A DNA stretch of 64,000 nt from Octopus sinensis (taxonomy: Eukaryota): contig NC_042999.1 in assembly GCF_006345805.1 (NCBI RefSeq), positions 122,636,001 through 122,700,000 of the forward strand, given 5' to 3'. This document shows positions 1 through 11,844 of this stretch, in pieces. Position numbers and translations under genes: made by a program. Below the pieces are notes generated by a model. The model saw only the letters and a program-made list of their open reading frames with translations. It did no database searches and was not told the origin of the DNA. How positions within the stretch are numbered: the first letter of the stretch is position 1; each line of letters opens with the position of its first letter.

Positions 1-99
1 GTCTAATAGTTTGATGCCATTGCAGTATCCTCTGTTTAGAGTATCACTTTTGCCCTTTTACCCTTTAAAGCTGTTTATGATGTTGCTGCAGTGCCAGTC

Positions 100-131
100 A
101 TCTCTCTCTTTCTCTCTCACTCTCTCTCTCT

Positions 132-202
<71 letters not shown>

Positions 203-212
203 GTATGTATTA
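100..212. repeat. Compound microsatellite (TC)n-(TA)n-(GTAT)n
   Basis: Directly visible tandem di- and tetranucleotide runs; explains ORF 11..241. Confidence 0.95.
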
Positions 213-719
213 TTCTCTGTAGTTTTACTAAGAAGCAATAAATTACATGGCTATATGACTCTATACTTAAATAATGTGGATTATTCTTAAATGCATTATA
301 ACTGAAAGGCTCTAAATTGCCAGCACTCTTAGTTTCTGGTTTCTCCTCTTTTAGCTACTAATTTGTGTGTTTTCTCTTAAATAATCTGTTTCAATATATT
401 TTGAAATATTATTTGAAAGCCTTTGAGAAAATAATTACTGTTATATTTTATTAAAATCATTCAATAAGTCCTTGTAAAAACGGCTGTTTAAGCCTATGTT
501 TTCCATTTTGCTTCTGACTCCCATAGAAATACTCCAAACCTTTACATTTTTTTTTCACTTAACAGTGCATTTGGAATTTAAACTTAATGTAAGAGAAGTT
601 ACTCATAAAACTCTTCTTGTAAGAAGGCTCCTTTTTATTTAAGTGAATTTTTAGCAATTTTTTTTAAAATGCTTCAGAACCAATGTTTTTTCTCTGAACC
701 AAATGGAAAATAAGGAGTA

Positions 720-1140
720 TAGTACTTAGACAAAAGGTACTTAGCTCCATAGAAACAAAGTGCCAAAATATCTGTTCTTTTGTTCAAAACGTCACTCCTC
801 TGACACAAATTCGTAATTTTTCCCTTGAAAATCATACATTTGTTATTTGAAGCTGCCATACTTGTAAGGTTGTGTCTTATTTATAATCGACTAAGTAATT
901 TAGAATTCATGAGAACTGGTCTCACGAAAGAGCCATATAAATTTCCACAAAGCTATAGTGCATTTTTATCAAGACTGACAAATAGATGTTTGTGCTTATA
1001 AAATCGATATTTTAATGTTATTTCAGTATGTAGTTTAGGTTCATCTCCATTGTTGGTTTTACTTTAGCACTGTATACTGTAGACTTTGCCAAAGACTTTG
1101 TCTATCTAGTGGGCAATTTTTATGAATTTTGAGGTTGCAC
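720..1140 (-). mobile_element. Decayed Penelope-like element (PLE) GIY-YIG endonuclease C-terminus, Neptune-type
   Basis: Minus-strand translation across frameshifts and stops: CNLKIHKNCPLD..STVYSAKVK..TEITLKYRFYKHKHLF..KFIW..IT*SIINKTQPYKYGS..KCM..LNKRTDILALCFYGAKYLLSKY. This follows the PLE pattern CNC..CPL..VY.A.V..YIG.TE..FK.R..H..IW..W.I..Y..C.LC..EK..LNKR.E..C.H..K.LL. Confidence 0.75.
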
Positions 1141-1221
1141 ACTTGGTTAAATGTTTGTATTTATGTGTATGTGTATACATGCTTATAATTATATGAGGGA
1201 GAGGTTTATATATATATATCT

Positions 1222-1416
1222 TTTATTTACTTTTGAGTGTGGCCATGCTGGGGCATTGCCTTGAAGGATTTTTGTTGAACAAGTTAACCCCATTACTTGT
1301 TTTTTTAAGCCTGATACTTATTCTCTTTTGCTGAACTTCTAAGTTAGATGAAAACAAACACAACATCACTGGTTGTCAACTGGTGGTGGGGGACAAACAC
1401 AGACCTAAATACTCAA

Positions 1417-1449
<33 letters not shown>

Positions 1450-1666
1450 CATACATGTGTGTGTGTATGTCTATATATATATATATATATATAGCCCAAG
1501 GCTATAGTAGAAGACACTTGCCCAAAGTGCCATGCATGTGTGTGTGTTTATGTGTATATATATAGCCCGAGGCTATAGCAGAAGTCACTTGCCCAAAGTG
1601 CCATGCAGTGGGACTGAAACTGGAACTGTGTGGTTGTGAAGCCAACTTCTTACCACACAGCCATGT
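1222..1666 (-). mobile_element. tRNA-derived SINE family A with internal ~45-bp duplication
   Basis: Same layout as copies at 30113, 31165 and 38100: tail ..CCAGCATGGCCAC.., CA/TA linker, core GGCACTTTGGGCAAGTGTCTTCTACTATAGCC (duplicated at ~1495 and ~1565), head TGGCTGTGTGGTAAG. Confidence 0.85.
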
Positions 1667-3354
1667 CTTCAATAAGATTAAAATCTGCATATCATTTATA
1701 ACATATTTGCATACTCACTAACAAAAATGGTGTTTGCTATGGAAGAACAACTTTGTGTATAAAAAGCACAAATGACATCAAGGATAGCAGAGCTATTTAT
1801 TTTAATTAAAATAAGGAAGGAAATAAAAATGCATGTACACACACACACAAACACACACACACACGAACACACACACACACATTGTGCTTCTCTGTAGGTC
1901 AAACCATAAATTATTATTGGAAAGAATACTAGTTTTGAAAGTGAGAAGAAATGAACTAAAGTCTTAAACAATAATGCATTTATATAAACAATAAGAAACA
2001 AACTTATGATTACTGAGTATAAAAAGTAAAAAGGCTTGAAAATATTTATTGTTAAGTAATAACCTAAAATGTTTGCCTGAATTACTTCTTGCTGTAGACT
2101 TGATTTTCTCAAGAATGAATGATTAGAACTTTAAGCTGCTTTGTGATAAATTGTGGAAAATTGGTTTACAGGTGGAGAGATATCAAAAATAAAATAATGA
2201 GAACGAGATAAAATATAGAAAGTAGAACTGACCCCCCACCACCACTTTTAATACATAAAAATAAGAAATAATTCATGAGGAAACAGAAATTGTCCAAATA
2301 TAGTGAAAGAAAAGAAAAATATTTTATTGTCTAAAATGAGGAAAAGAAAATGAATATGGAAATAAAGATGAAAAGAAAAAACAGCAAATGAGAAAGAAGG
2401 AAATGAGGACAGCATCAAAGATAAATTTTCTAATATAAAAATAAAATAGTTGAAGAATGTAAATCTATAACAAACTGACTGAATTCTTTTTGAGAAATTA
2501 TTACATTAAGTATAAAATATAAAACTAAATAAAGACTACATATACTGTTCAGCTGATATTTTGAACAGTAAGTTGATGCTTTTACTAATAACCTTAATTG
2601 CTTGTGTTACTTATGTATGAAGTCAAGCTTTATGTGTAGTCACTTTGTTAAAGATCTGAGAGATCTTTAAAAAAAGTTGAGCATTGTTCATGGCAACAAC
2701 ACAAACTCTACAAATCACTTGACTATACCTTTTTTCTGCATGAAAAATATGGTAGTTGATTTACTGAGATGTTATCACTTGCATGAAAGTTAATTAGTTC
2801 AGACTCATGTGCAAGCTCTGTTCATGTATTAAGCGAAACAACTGAAAAGAAAGCTGCCACATTATATATCTCTATTAAACTAAATGTTCTTGTGCACTCA
2901 GCTATCATCATAACATTTTGTGTTTTATAACGTCTTTGTGATCATGATTGAGCAGAAATCTACCAGGTTTTGACATTACATTAAATTGAATGAGCTTGAA
3001 ATTGCTGGATTGAGAAAACAAAAAAAATCATATAAGTAACCTTAGCGAATACTAATTAAAACCTCCACACTAATTAGTACAAGTATAATAAAATGTCTCA
3101 GTGAAGAGCAAACTTTAAAATCGCAGGAAGTTTCTATAAAATACTGGAGATGTTGATGTAATTAAGGCTTAGGATGAGGATTTGTAGACAAAACATAGAT
3201 AAAATGTTCCAAACAAGGTGCATTTCTGGATCAAAATGATTCCCATTAAGTTAGTTGTAAGAGGGTATTTTCTTTTATTGCTGTATTGAAATTAAGTTAT
3301 TGTCCTGAATGACTACATTTTGAAGTGAACAAAATATGTGTTGCTGTTTGTAGC

Positions 3355-3418
3355 AGTGGTGATGGTGGTGGTGGTGGTGGTGATGGTGGTGGTGGTGGTG
3401 GTGATGGTGGTGGTGGTG
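3355..3418. repeat. (GGT)n/(GAT) microsatellite
   Basis: Directly visible trinucleotide run. Confidence 0.9.
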
Positions 3419-5247
3419 CCTTTTGCTTTATTACAGTTTAATGAGAGAATCTTTATCCATCGGTTTTACATGCTGTCTAAGAGGGTGACCGTAACATGGT
3501 AGATATCCAAACAATATAGAGTAGTGCTTCTCAAATGGATGGTACCATTCACTAGAGGTAAAGGAAAATTTTATATTGGGTACAAGAGACAAACAAAACA
3601 GTAGGAGGTAAAGTAAGAACCTGTACAATTCTTTTGATTATGGAAAGTGGCACCAGATCAATGTACAAAACATTGCCAAGTTTTCAATCTTTTGGTGGTG
3701 GTGGTCTTTTAGCTGAGGTTAGACCTTATCTTCTTTACTTGAGCATTGTATATCTAGGGACACATAATTTGAAATAGCCTTCTCTCTTCAGATAGTAGGA
3801 TGTAATTTAGGGGTGATTTCATTGTTATTTCTAGTAGATTGACCAACCACACAGGGGCTCTCTCAATGGCTCATGTGTGTATTTGTGTATGTAGATATTT
3901 GCTTTTGCATATGCACACACACATACACACATATAGATTGACATGCACAAACATGAAATGTGTGTATATGGATGTCAATATATGTGTGTATTATATATTA
4001 CGTGTGACAAATATATACATATAATATATATTATTCTTAAGCAAGAGTTTTCTTTTTGTTTGAGAATAATAAATTTGTACTCTACAAAAGAATAGAGTAA
4101 TCTTATAACTGAACATAACAAAAACATGAATGTGTGTGTGTGTGCATGACTGCATGCATTTTATTTTCAGGTTTAAAAATTTCTGCTTAATTCTATTCTT
4201 TTTTTCTTTTGAAGAGAACCAGGGCATTTGCAGCCCCATTATCACCACCATCACAAAAAATTCCTTTCAGTTTCATTTTATTCATTATTATACAGATAAC
4301 AATGTTTTACATTCTTGCTGAGAATTTTAAGAAAACTCATTTGTTGGGAAAAGAACATGATATGAATTGTAACTAAAATTTTTATACAAATGACTTTAAT
4401 TGGAAGCAAATAACAATTTTGCATATTGTTCAAAAATAATTACATCAGTAACTATTATTAATGTGAAAAATTTAATATTTACATACAGAAATAGATTTTA
4501 CATTCTTTGTAAATATAGTGAATGGTTAAATGGGCACTGACACAGCAGTGTGTTTTTGCATAGTTTGCATGCATTTGGTTTTGGTTTCAATCCATTTGAG
4601 CAAATGTCTTCCAACATTATATAAGGTCAACCAATGTCATGTGTGTGTAGTTTAATAGAGAAAAACTGAACTATGCAGAGGAATGTCAAAATCATTTTAA
4701 TGTCTACTTTTTCCATGCCTGTATGGGTCAGACAAAATTCAATGAAAAACATTTTCTACTATCAGATGCCTTTTCTGTCACCAACCCTTACCAGTTTCCA
4801 AGCAAAATAATACTTCCTCATGACCAGTCATGTTCTTGCAGAATATTGAAAATGGAACGATGCAAGCAAACACAAATGTATATACATATATAGTCTATTC
4901 CTAACTACAATAGTGACAACATGAATTTCTTCCATCTTCTTGCTCTGTTAAAATATTTAAGAAAAGTTATATTAATGTGTCCTACCCGTTAAAATTCCTT
5001 TTATTTATTTGTACAGCTGAAGATGATACTCTATTTAAATTGATGTAATGATTGCATTGTTCAACTAAATGGAGCCACTTCAAAACCTGGAGAATTTTAT
5101 GTCTAAGGGATCAGTAATTTGCCAAATAAATAGTATTATATAATCAGTAATGAGGGAAATATCATTTTGTTTAAATATATCAATTATGATCAAAGAAGCA
5201 TTTAATTTTTTCCCATCCTGAAATGCAAAGGACTTTCCTTCCACCCT

Positions 5248-5525
5248 CATCATCATCATCATTGTCGTTTAATGCCCGCTTTCCATGCTGGCATGGGTTG
5301 GACGGTTTGAATGGGGACTAGCAAGCCAGAAGGCTACACCAGGCTCCAATCAGATTTGGCAAAGTTTCTACAGCTGGATGCCCTTCACAACGCCAACCAC
5401 TCTGAGAGTGTATGAGTGCTTTTTATGTGCCACCAGCATGTGGGCTGCTCAGGCAGTACTGGCATCAACCATGCTCGAATGGTGCTTTTTATGTGCCACT
5501 GGCACAGAAGCCAATGGGGAAGCAC
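5248..5525 (-). mobile_element. RTE 3'-UTR fragment or RTE-tailed short element
   Basis: Near-identical to 5800-6050; contains CTGGATGCCCTT..CGCCAACCACT and ends (minus strand) ..GCATTAAACGAC-(ATG)n. Confidence 0.85.
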
Positions 5526-5552
5526 TAGTATTTATGAATGTGTATATACATA

Positions 5553-5593
<41 letters not shown>

Positions 5594-5743
5594 AATATTA
5601 GTGACAGAGATAGTATTATTCCAAGAGGTAATGTTTATCCCCACTTAAACATGGATGTTCTGTTAAGACAAACTAGTGTGGAAGATACCATAAGAGAAAC
5701 AGTCACATTGGCTTTTAGTGTAAAACACACTTTTGTTTATAAA

Positions 5744-5799
<56 letters not shown>

Positions 5800-5800
<1 letters not shown>

Positions 5801-6782
5801 CATCATCATCATCATCATCGTTTAACGTCTGCTTTCCTTGCTAGCATGGGTTGGACGATTTTGACTGAGGGCTGGTGAACCAGATGGCTGCACCACGCTC
5901 CAGTCTTGATTTGGCTGAGTTTCTACAGCTGGATGCCCTTCCTAACGCCAACCACTCCGAGAGTGTAGTGGGTGCTTTTACGTGCCACCAGCATGGGAGC
6001 CAGTCAGGCGGTACTGGCAATGACCTCGCTCGAATCCTTTTATACATGCCACCAGCACAGGTGCCAGAAGGCGATTTTGGTAACAATCATGCTCGAATGG
6101 TGCCCTTTATACGTGCCCACTGGCATGGAAGCCAGTTGGCTGCTCTGGCAGCGATCATGCTTGGATGGTGCTCTTGGCACCCTACACAGGCACAAATCCC
6201 AGAAAGCGACGCTGGTAACGATCATGTTCGAATGGTGCCCTTTAAGTGCCACTGGCACAGAAGTCAATTAGCTGCTGTCTGTAATCATGCTCGTATGGTG
6301 CTCTTTGCACCCTGCTAGCACGGACGCCAGCCATCGAATTTGATTTTGCTTTTGATTGGTTGATTGATTTATTTCACTTGCCTCAACAGGTCTTCACAAG
6401 CAGAGTTTTCGTGTCCAAAGGAGGAAAAGGTACCCATAAGTGGGCTGGTTACACCCCTGGCATAGGCCATGAGATTATGGTTTCATTTGGCTTGCCTGGT
6501 CTTCTCACGCACAGCATATTTCCAAAGGTCTCAGTCACTAGTCATTGCCTTGGTGAGGCCTAAAGTTCGAAGGTCGTGCTTCACCACTTCATCCCAGGTG
6601 TTCCTGGGTCTACCTCTTCTACAGGTTCCCTCAACCGCTAGGGTGTGGCACTTTTTCACACGGCTGTTCCCGTCCATTCTTGCCGCATGACCATACCAGC
6701 GCAGTCGTCTCTCTTGCACACTACATCTGATGCTTCTTAGGTCCAACATTTCTCTCAAGGTACCTACACTCTGTCGAGTATA
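5800..6782 (-). mobile_element. 5'-truncated RTE-clade LINE (ORF C-terminus, 3'UTR with ~65-bp tandem array, (ATG)n tail)
   Basis: ORF 6531..6758 has RRLRWYGHAARM..RGRPRNTW; it continues past a TGA (likely CGA>TGA) as DLWKYAVREKTRQAK*. About five ~65-bp repeats at 5975-6320; tail GGAAAGCAGACGTTAAAC(GAT)n at ~5800. Confidence 0.9.
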
Positions 6783-9700
6783 TATTTATATATATATATC
6801 ATTTATGCGTATCATACATTTTATTACCATCTGTGAAAAACTTGTACTTTACAAAGTCCTTTGGAAGATGTTTTGCATCATGTCAAATCTTCCTATCAGT
6901 AAAGAACTTGGTCCATTGAAACCTATAAACAACAGCACTGTTTTTTTTCACTAATTCTGATATAAAATCTTATAATAATTCTATTTATCATTGCATTACT
7001 TATCCCATCGTTAATGCTTTCATGTGATTAGAGAAAAAAATGAAGTACAGAGGGAGAGAGAAAAAGAGGAAGAAAGAAAAAGAACGAGAGAGAAATGTTC
7101 ATGGTGTAAGTTAGAGGGAATGTAATTCTAATGGTTTCATGGGATTAGTTGAAGGGAAAGAGAGGAGAAAGAAAAAGGAGAGAGAAAAAGAGGATAAGGT
7201 GAAGTGTGATATGGAAAGAGGGAGAAAGAAAAAGAGTGAAACAGAAAAAGATGGAGAGAGAGAAAGAGAGGGAGAGAAGTGTCCATGACGTGAGGTAGGG
7301 GAGTATAGTGTTTATTATGTGGTTTAAAAAGTTAGCTTATGGTAATAATGATATGGAGGAGGAGTTAAAAATATAATTTTAGCAGAGGGGTGATGTTCTG
7401 ATGGTGAGGTTAAAGAAAGGCAGAGAGAGGGGAGAGAGAGAGAGAGAGAGAAGATGGGGTGAGAGAGATGATAATGATGATGTTGATGGAAGTGGCAGTA
7501 GTGATTAGATAGTGAAAAGTGTATTTTTTTTAATTGAACTAAGTTTTTTTATATCACCTATCACTTAACACTATGCATAAGTGCATTGCCGTGAAATGTT
7601 CACTCTTATTTATGTGGCAGATATATGTAATTCAACTAAAGGTTGTAGCATATGTATGGGATATTTTTGTTTTTTCTTTACGGAAAAAATAGAAAAATAA
7701 GAGTAAATATTTATAAAATCATGCATAAAGTATATAAAGTGTGTATATAAACTGTATTAAGTAATCATCATATTTCTTTCTAGTTTCTTTCACTTTTCAG
7801 TGAGTAGCATTTATGCAACTATCTTTCCATACAGACACAACACAGGCTACACTTTCAGGTGCTTTGGATAAAGTTTTCAGAAATAACATATAGATTTACC
7901 ATTGATCCCGTGAACTATCTACAGGTCTCACTAGTATATATAAATATGAAAATCTGAAACTTTTACACATTTTTATTATAATTTTCAAATATGTTTCAGC
8001 AATAGTTGCATTAAGAACTATTTCTAAAATTGATGAAAGAAGAAAACTTCATAGCTCCGGAAGAAAATTATCTTTTGTATTAATATTCAGAAAATAAAAT
8101 ATTGCAAGCCTTCATTTGTTCAACAATCCAGTAAAGTAAGGAGGAAGAACTCATAAATTAAAGAACATATTTTTGTTCTTGACTTCAGGAACCTGTCTAG
8201 AGTTGTTGTGAATACACATACCTTATTTTACTTTGATTCATATATTATTTTATATGTTCGGGCTTTGAGAGTATGGCCAATGCATTTTTATTTAAAAGTT
8301 TTGACATTATATTGATGAAATTTGTTGCTATTTTACCATGTCAACTTTCTCAGTTTTAATTATTAAAAAGGAATGATTTTTCATAGGATCATTTATTAAA
8401 TTTTTTAAATGAAGGTTCTTCAAAATTGAAAGGATAAAAGATAATGATGTGTTACAATGCAATCAACTATTTAAAGTAACTAGTTTAAACTATCCTAATG
8501 TTTTAGTAATAAAATTATGACAGTGGTATGAATTTAACTGTGTATTAAACAAATAGGAAAATGTTTCATTTTACATATAGTATTTGATTAGATCATCATA
8601 ATGTAACATTTGTGTTTGGATGTTCTTATATCTAACCAAATGTATAGGCAATGCAGGTGAGATGAAATAGTTTTGACCTGAAAGTAACACCTTGTCATGG
8701 ACTTTGCTTTCAGCCATCATTACTAGTCTCCTACACTCACTAGATCACTTTTATATTGTTTTGTTTGTTTTTTTTTTATATTTACATGAAGTATTTAGAG
8801 ATGAATATAGTCAATTAAATCAACTCCAGTCCTTGACTGCTACTTTATTTTATTGACCCCAGAAGGATAAAAGATAAAATTGACTCAAATATAGTACTAG
8901 CATTTAGTGTCTTAATCTTGAAGGAATGCAAAGTTAAAACAGTTCACAAAAGTGATTGAATGCAAAAATGTTAAGTCAAACTCAGTTATCAAAATTAAAA
9001 ATTGACAGTGGATGTAATGAAGGCAAAGGCTTGATGGCAACCTTTACATTCAATATTTAATGATATTATATTTTGTTGCTGGTAATATCTGAATTAGAAA
9101 AATGAAGCATTACAAGTTTTATGAGTATTATTGATATTATCTTTCCTAAATATCACTTTAATAATGGAGTGGTAGAGTAATTAGGTTTCTTTTTTAAAGA
9201 CAGCTGGAACTCTTTGAAAATTCTTCTCTTTTTTTATGTCACATAAGTCACATCTAAATTAAAGTATCTTAATCCATGATAATACACTTCTTTTTTTTTT
9301 ACAGTCTTACTTAACACACTGAAACAAATCTGAACACACATACATACACACATCATTCTTTTTAAGAATATTTCATTTTGTCTTTCTAGTTTTAGAAAAT
9401 GCTTTGTGAATTTATTCATTATTTTCTATTATTTTTCTCTGCAGGTATTATAGTTTTTCTGATAAGTACACATGTCAGTTCATCATTATATGCAACTTCA
9501 AAAATTCAGATGTATATATATCACTAGATTTTCTATTTTATAATTTTGCATTCATACTTTATTTAGATATGTATTGATTGAATTCTTGGATTTGAAATTT
9601 TGTAATAATTATTTTTCACTTCAATCCTTAACATTAAGCTATCACCCTTTGTAATAGATGCTAGTAAGCTATTACACATTTAATTACTCTAACATCAAGG

Positions 9701-10975
9701 AAGTGATATGTTCAATGGAGTCAGTTAGAAATAACGAATAAAATATTAACAAAGAAAGATTGTAAAATTATTTTTCTTTTGAAAGAAGCAAAATAACAAT
9801 ATTTTAGAATGATATAAGAAACTTCTAATTATGTGTAATCATGGCTGTGGATAAGGAAGGCAGGAAAACAAACCTGGAGATAAGCAACTGTATGTCACAT
9901 GGACAAAATAATGGAATCAGATATATACCATAATGCATATTTTAAGTTGTTTCATACAATATCAGTGCAACTAGTGGACTCTCTGTGACAACTAGAGTAT
10001 CCATACACTAGCTTTCACAAAGATATTTTCTTTGATATTTTCTACTGTTAGCAAAATAATATTTCTTCCCTCATCCTCTTCTGTAAGTCAGTTATCAGTC
10101 TATGGTTTCTTGGGATTTTTATTCCTAAGTAAATTGACACTTAAAAGGGAAAATCAAAAGAGGACTTTGAGAATAAATTCACTAACTGCAAATTCTGGTT
10201 TACCAGGTAACACTTGAAAAGTTAAAGTTACTAATATTGTGATAAAGGAGAAAAGTAAGGATACAATCATTATGTAGAAGAGAATGAAGAGGAAAAAATG
10301 TGTTGACAAGTACTTGCTATTCCAGTTCAGCTTGAGAAATACAAGAGGACATAGGTATAAAGTATTCAAGCTATTTTCTAAGAAAGCAGCAAAGTGTCAA
10401 GTTTTCTTTACATGTGTCTATAAGGATTAGATTTGCTTCAGCTCTGTGTATTTAATTTAAAAAAGATGAAGTACTATTAATGTTGTAACATGCAATAAGT
10501 AGTGCAGTGATGACGATGATGAGGACATCTTATGCATCAGCATAGCAAATAAAGAAAATAAGTTATAAAATGTTATTAGGATGTCTGTTTGCATATAAAC
10601 TGATTTTCATCACTCAGAAGCAGTTAAAGTATGTTTTGAATTCAAACTGTGGAACTTGAAGTTGTCACTGTACTTAACAAGCATCAGATAGTATGCCCCC
10701 GTTTAAGTTATATTAAGTTATATTCTGAAATTTTTTCTTGTCTTTCTTGATATGAATTATCATTAATGTTATTACTTGTTCTTTTCATTACAAGAATAAT
10801 TTTAACTGATTACAAAATTGTAGGTAGGGTTCCATCATATGGAGTATGTTAAACTCTCAAAATTAGTTGATAGTAAGGAATGACAAACAGAGATTTACAT
10901 ATATACATATATATATATATATGTAGAAGGTTGAAAAGGAACACACGAGTTGATATATATGGGGAAAAAATCAAG

Positions 10976-11344
10976 ATAGAAAATGCTAAAATAATTTTAT
11001 AAAAAACATTTCAGTACCGGTTTCAGTCATTGAGATTTTTTTCAACTGTAAGTATGGAAAACAATTAAATTTGGAAAAATTAAAAGAAAACTTTTTTAAA
11101 AGAATATTTGTATAGTGTTTAAATACAAGTGGCATTTTCCTTGTTTCTGCTTATCTCTGTCTCTCTTGTTTACTCTTGTGGGTTCAATGTCATTGTATTT
11201 GAACACTATACAAATACTCTTTTTAAAAAACTCTTCTTTTAATTTTTCCAAATTTAATTGTTTTCCATACTTACAGTTGAAAAATCTCAATGGCTGAAAT
11301 CGGTACTGAAATGTTTTTGATAAAAGTATTTTAGCATTTTCTAT
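10976..11344. mobile_element. Fold-back element: ~150-bp imperfect inverted arms, each with a degenerate hammerhead-like motif
   Basis: 10976-11128 is the reverse complement of 11193-11344 with scattered mismatches; spacer about 60 bp. Confidence 0.85.
11012..11048 (-). ncRNA. Degenerate type I hammerhead-like motif (U3-A8 core variant)
   Basis: Minus strand reads CAG-TTGAAAA-aaatctcaatgact-GAAA-CCGG-TA-CTG: stem I CAG/CTG, palindromic stem III ACCGGT, stem II poorly paired. Mirror copy at 11274-11308 (+). Confidence 0.4.
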
Positions 11345-11559
11345 TTTTATTTTTTATTTATTTTATCTAGTTTCAGCTCATGAGCTGTGGCCATGCTGGG
11401 GCACTGCCATTTTTAAAAGTTGCGTCCCTGGGTGGATCTTGACTTTTTCCATATATATATATGTATAATGACAATAGAATAGGAGATGTGGTGATTTGTT
11501 GTGCTTCATAAGATGCCTCAAGCTAAGTAAAATCACAGTCTTCCACACATACAGGCTTG

Positions 11560-11799
11560 TCCTTTCAGGTACCAGTACCACATAAAAAGCTCCCATGCTG
11601 GTGCTGTGTAAACACTCCCATGCCAGTGGCATGTAAAATGCACCCAGTGCTCTCTGTTAAGTGATTGGTATTAGGAAGGGCATTCAGCCTTAGAAACCAT
11701 GCCAGAACAGACAATTCGAGTCTGGACAGTTCCTTGTCAAACCGTCCAACTCCTGTCACCATGGAAAGCAGATGTTAAATGATGATGATGATGATGATG

Positions 11800-11800
<1 letters not shown>
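11560..11800 (+). mobile_element. RTE 3'-tail element
   Basis: Contains TTAGGAAGGGCATTCAGC and ends ATGGAAAGCAGATGTTAAAT(GAT)n, the same tail as 5800. Confidence 0.8.

Positions 11801-11844
<44 letters not shown>

Noticed and set aside
640-685. Possible decayed HHR downstream of the PLE relic (minus: CTGAAGCATT..TTGCTAAAA)
   Set aside because: The core lacks required bases and there is no convincing stem I or III.
5875-6318. 147-aa ORF and overlapping ORFs with periodic sequence; CRISPR-like appearance
   Set aside because: Antisense to an RTE 3'UTR tandem array; the units are contiguous diverged repeats with no unique spacers, in a eukaryotic context.
8091-8135. Candidate 45-nt exon (TTCAG|..AAA|GTAAGG)
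   Set aside because: Splice-like ends are common in AT-rich DNA, the peptide is unrecognised and no partner exons were found.
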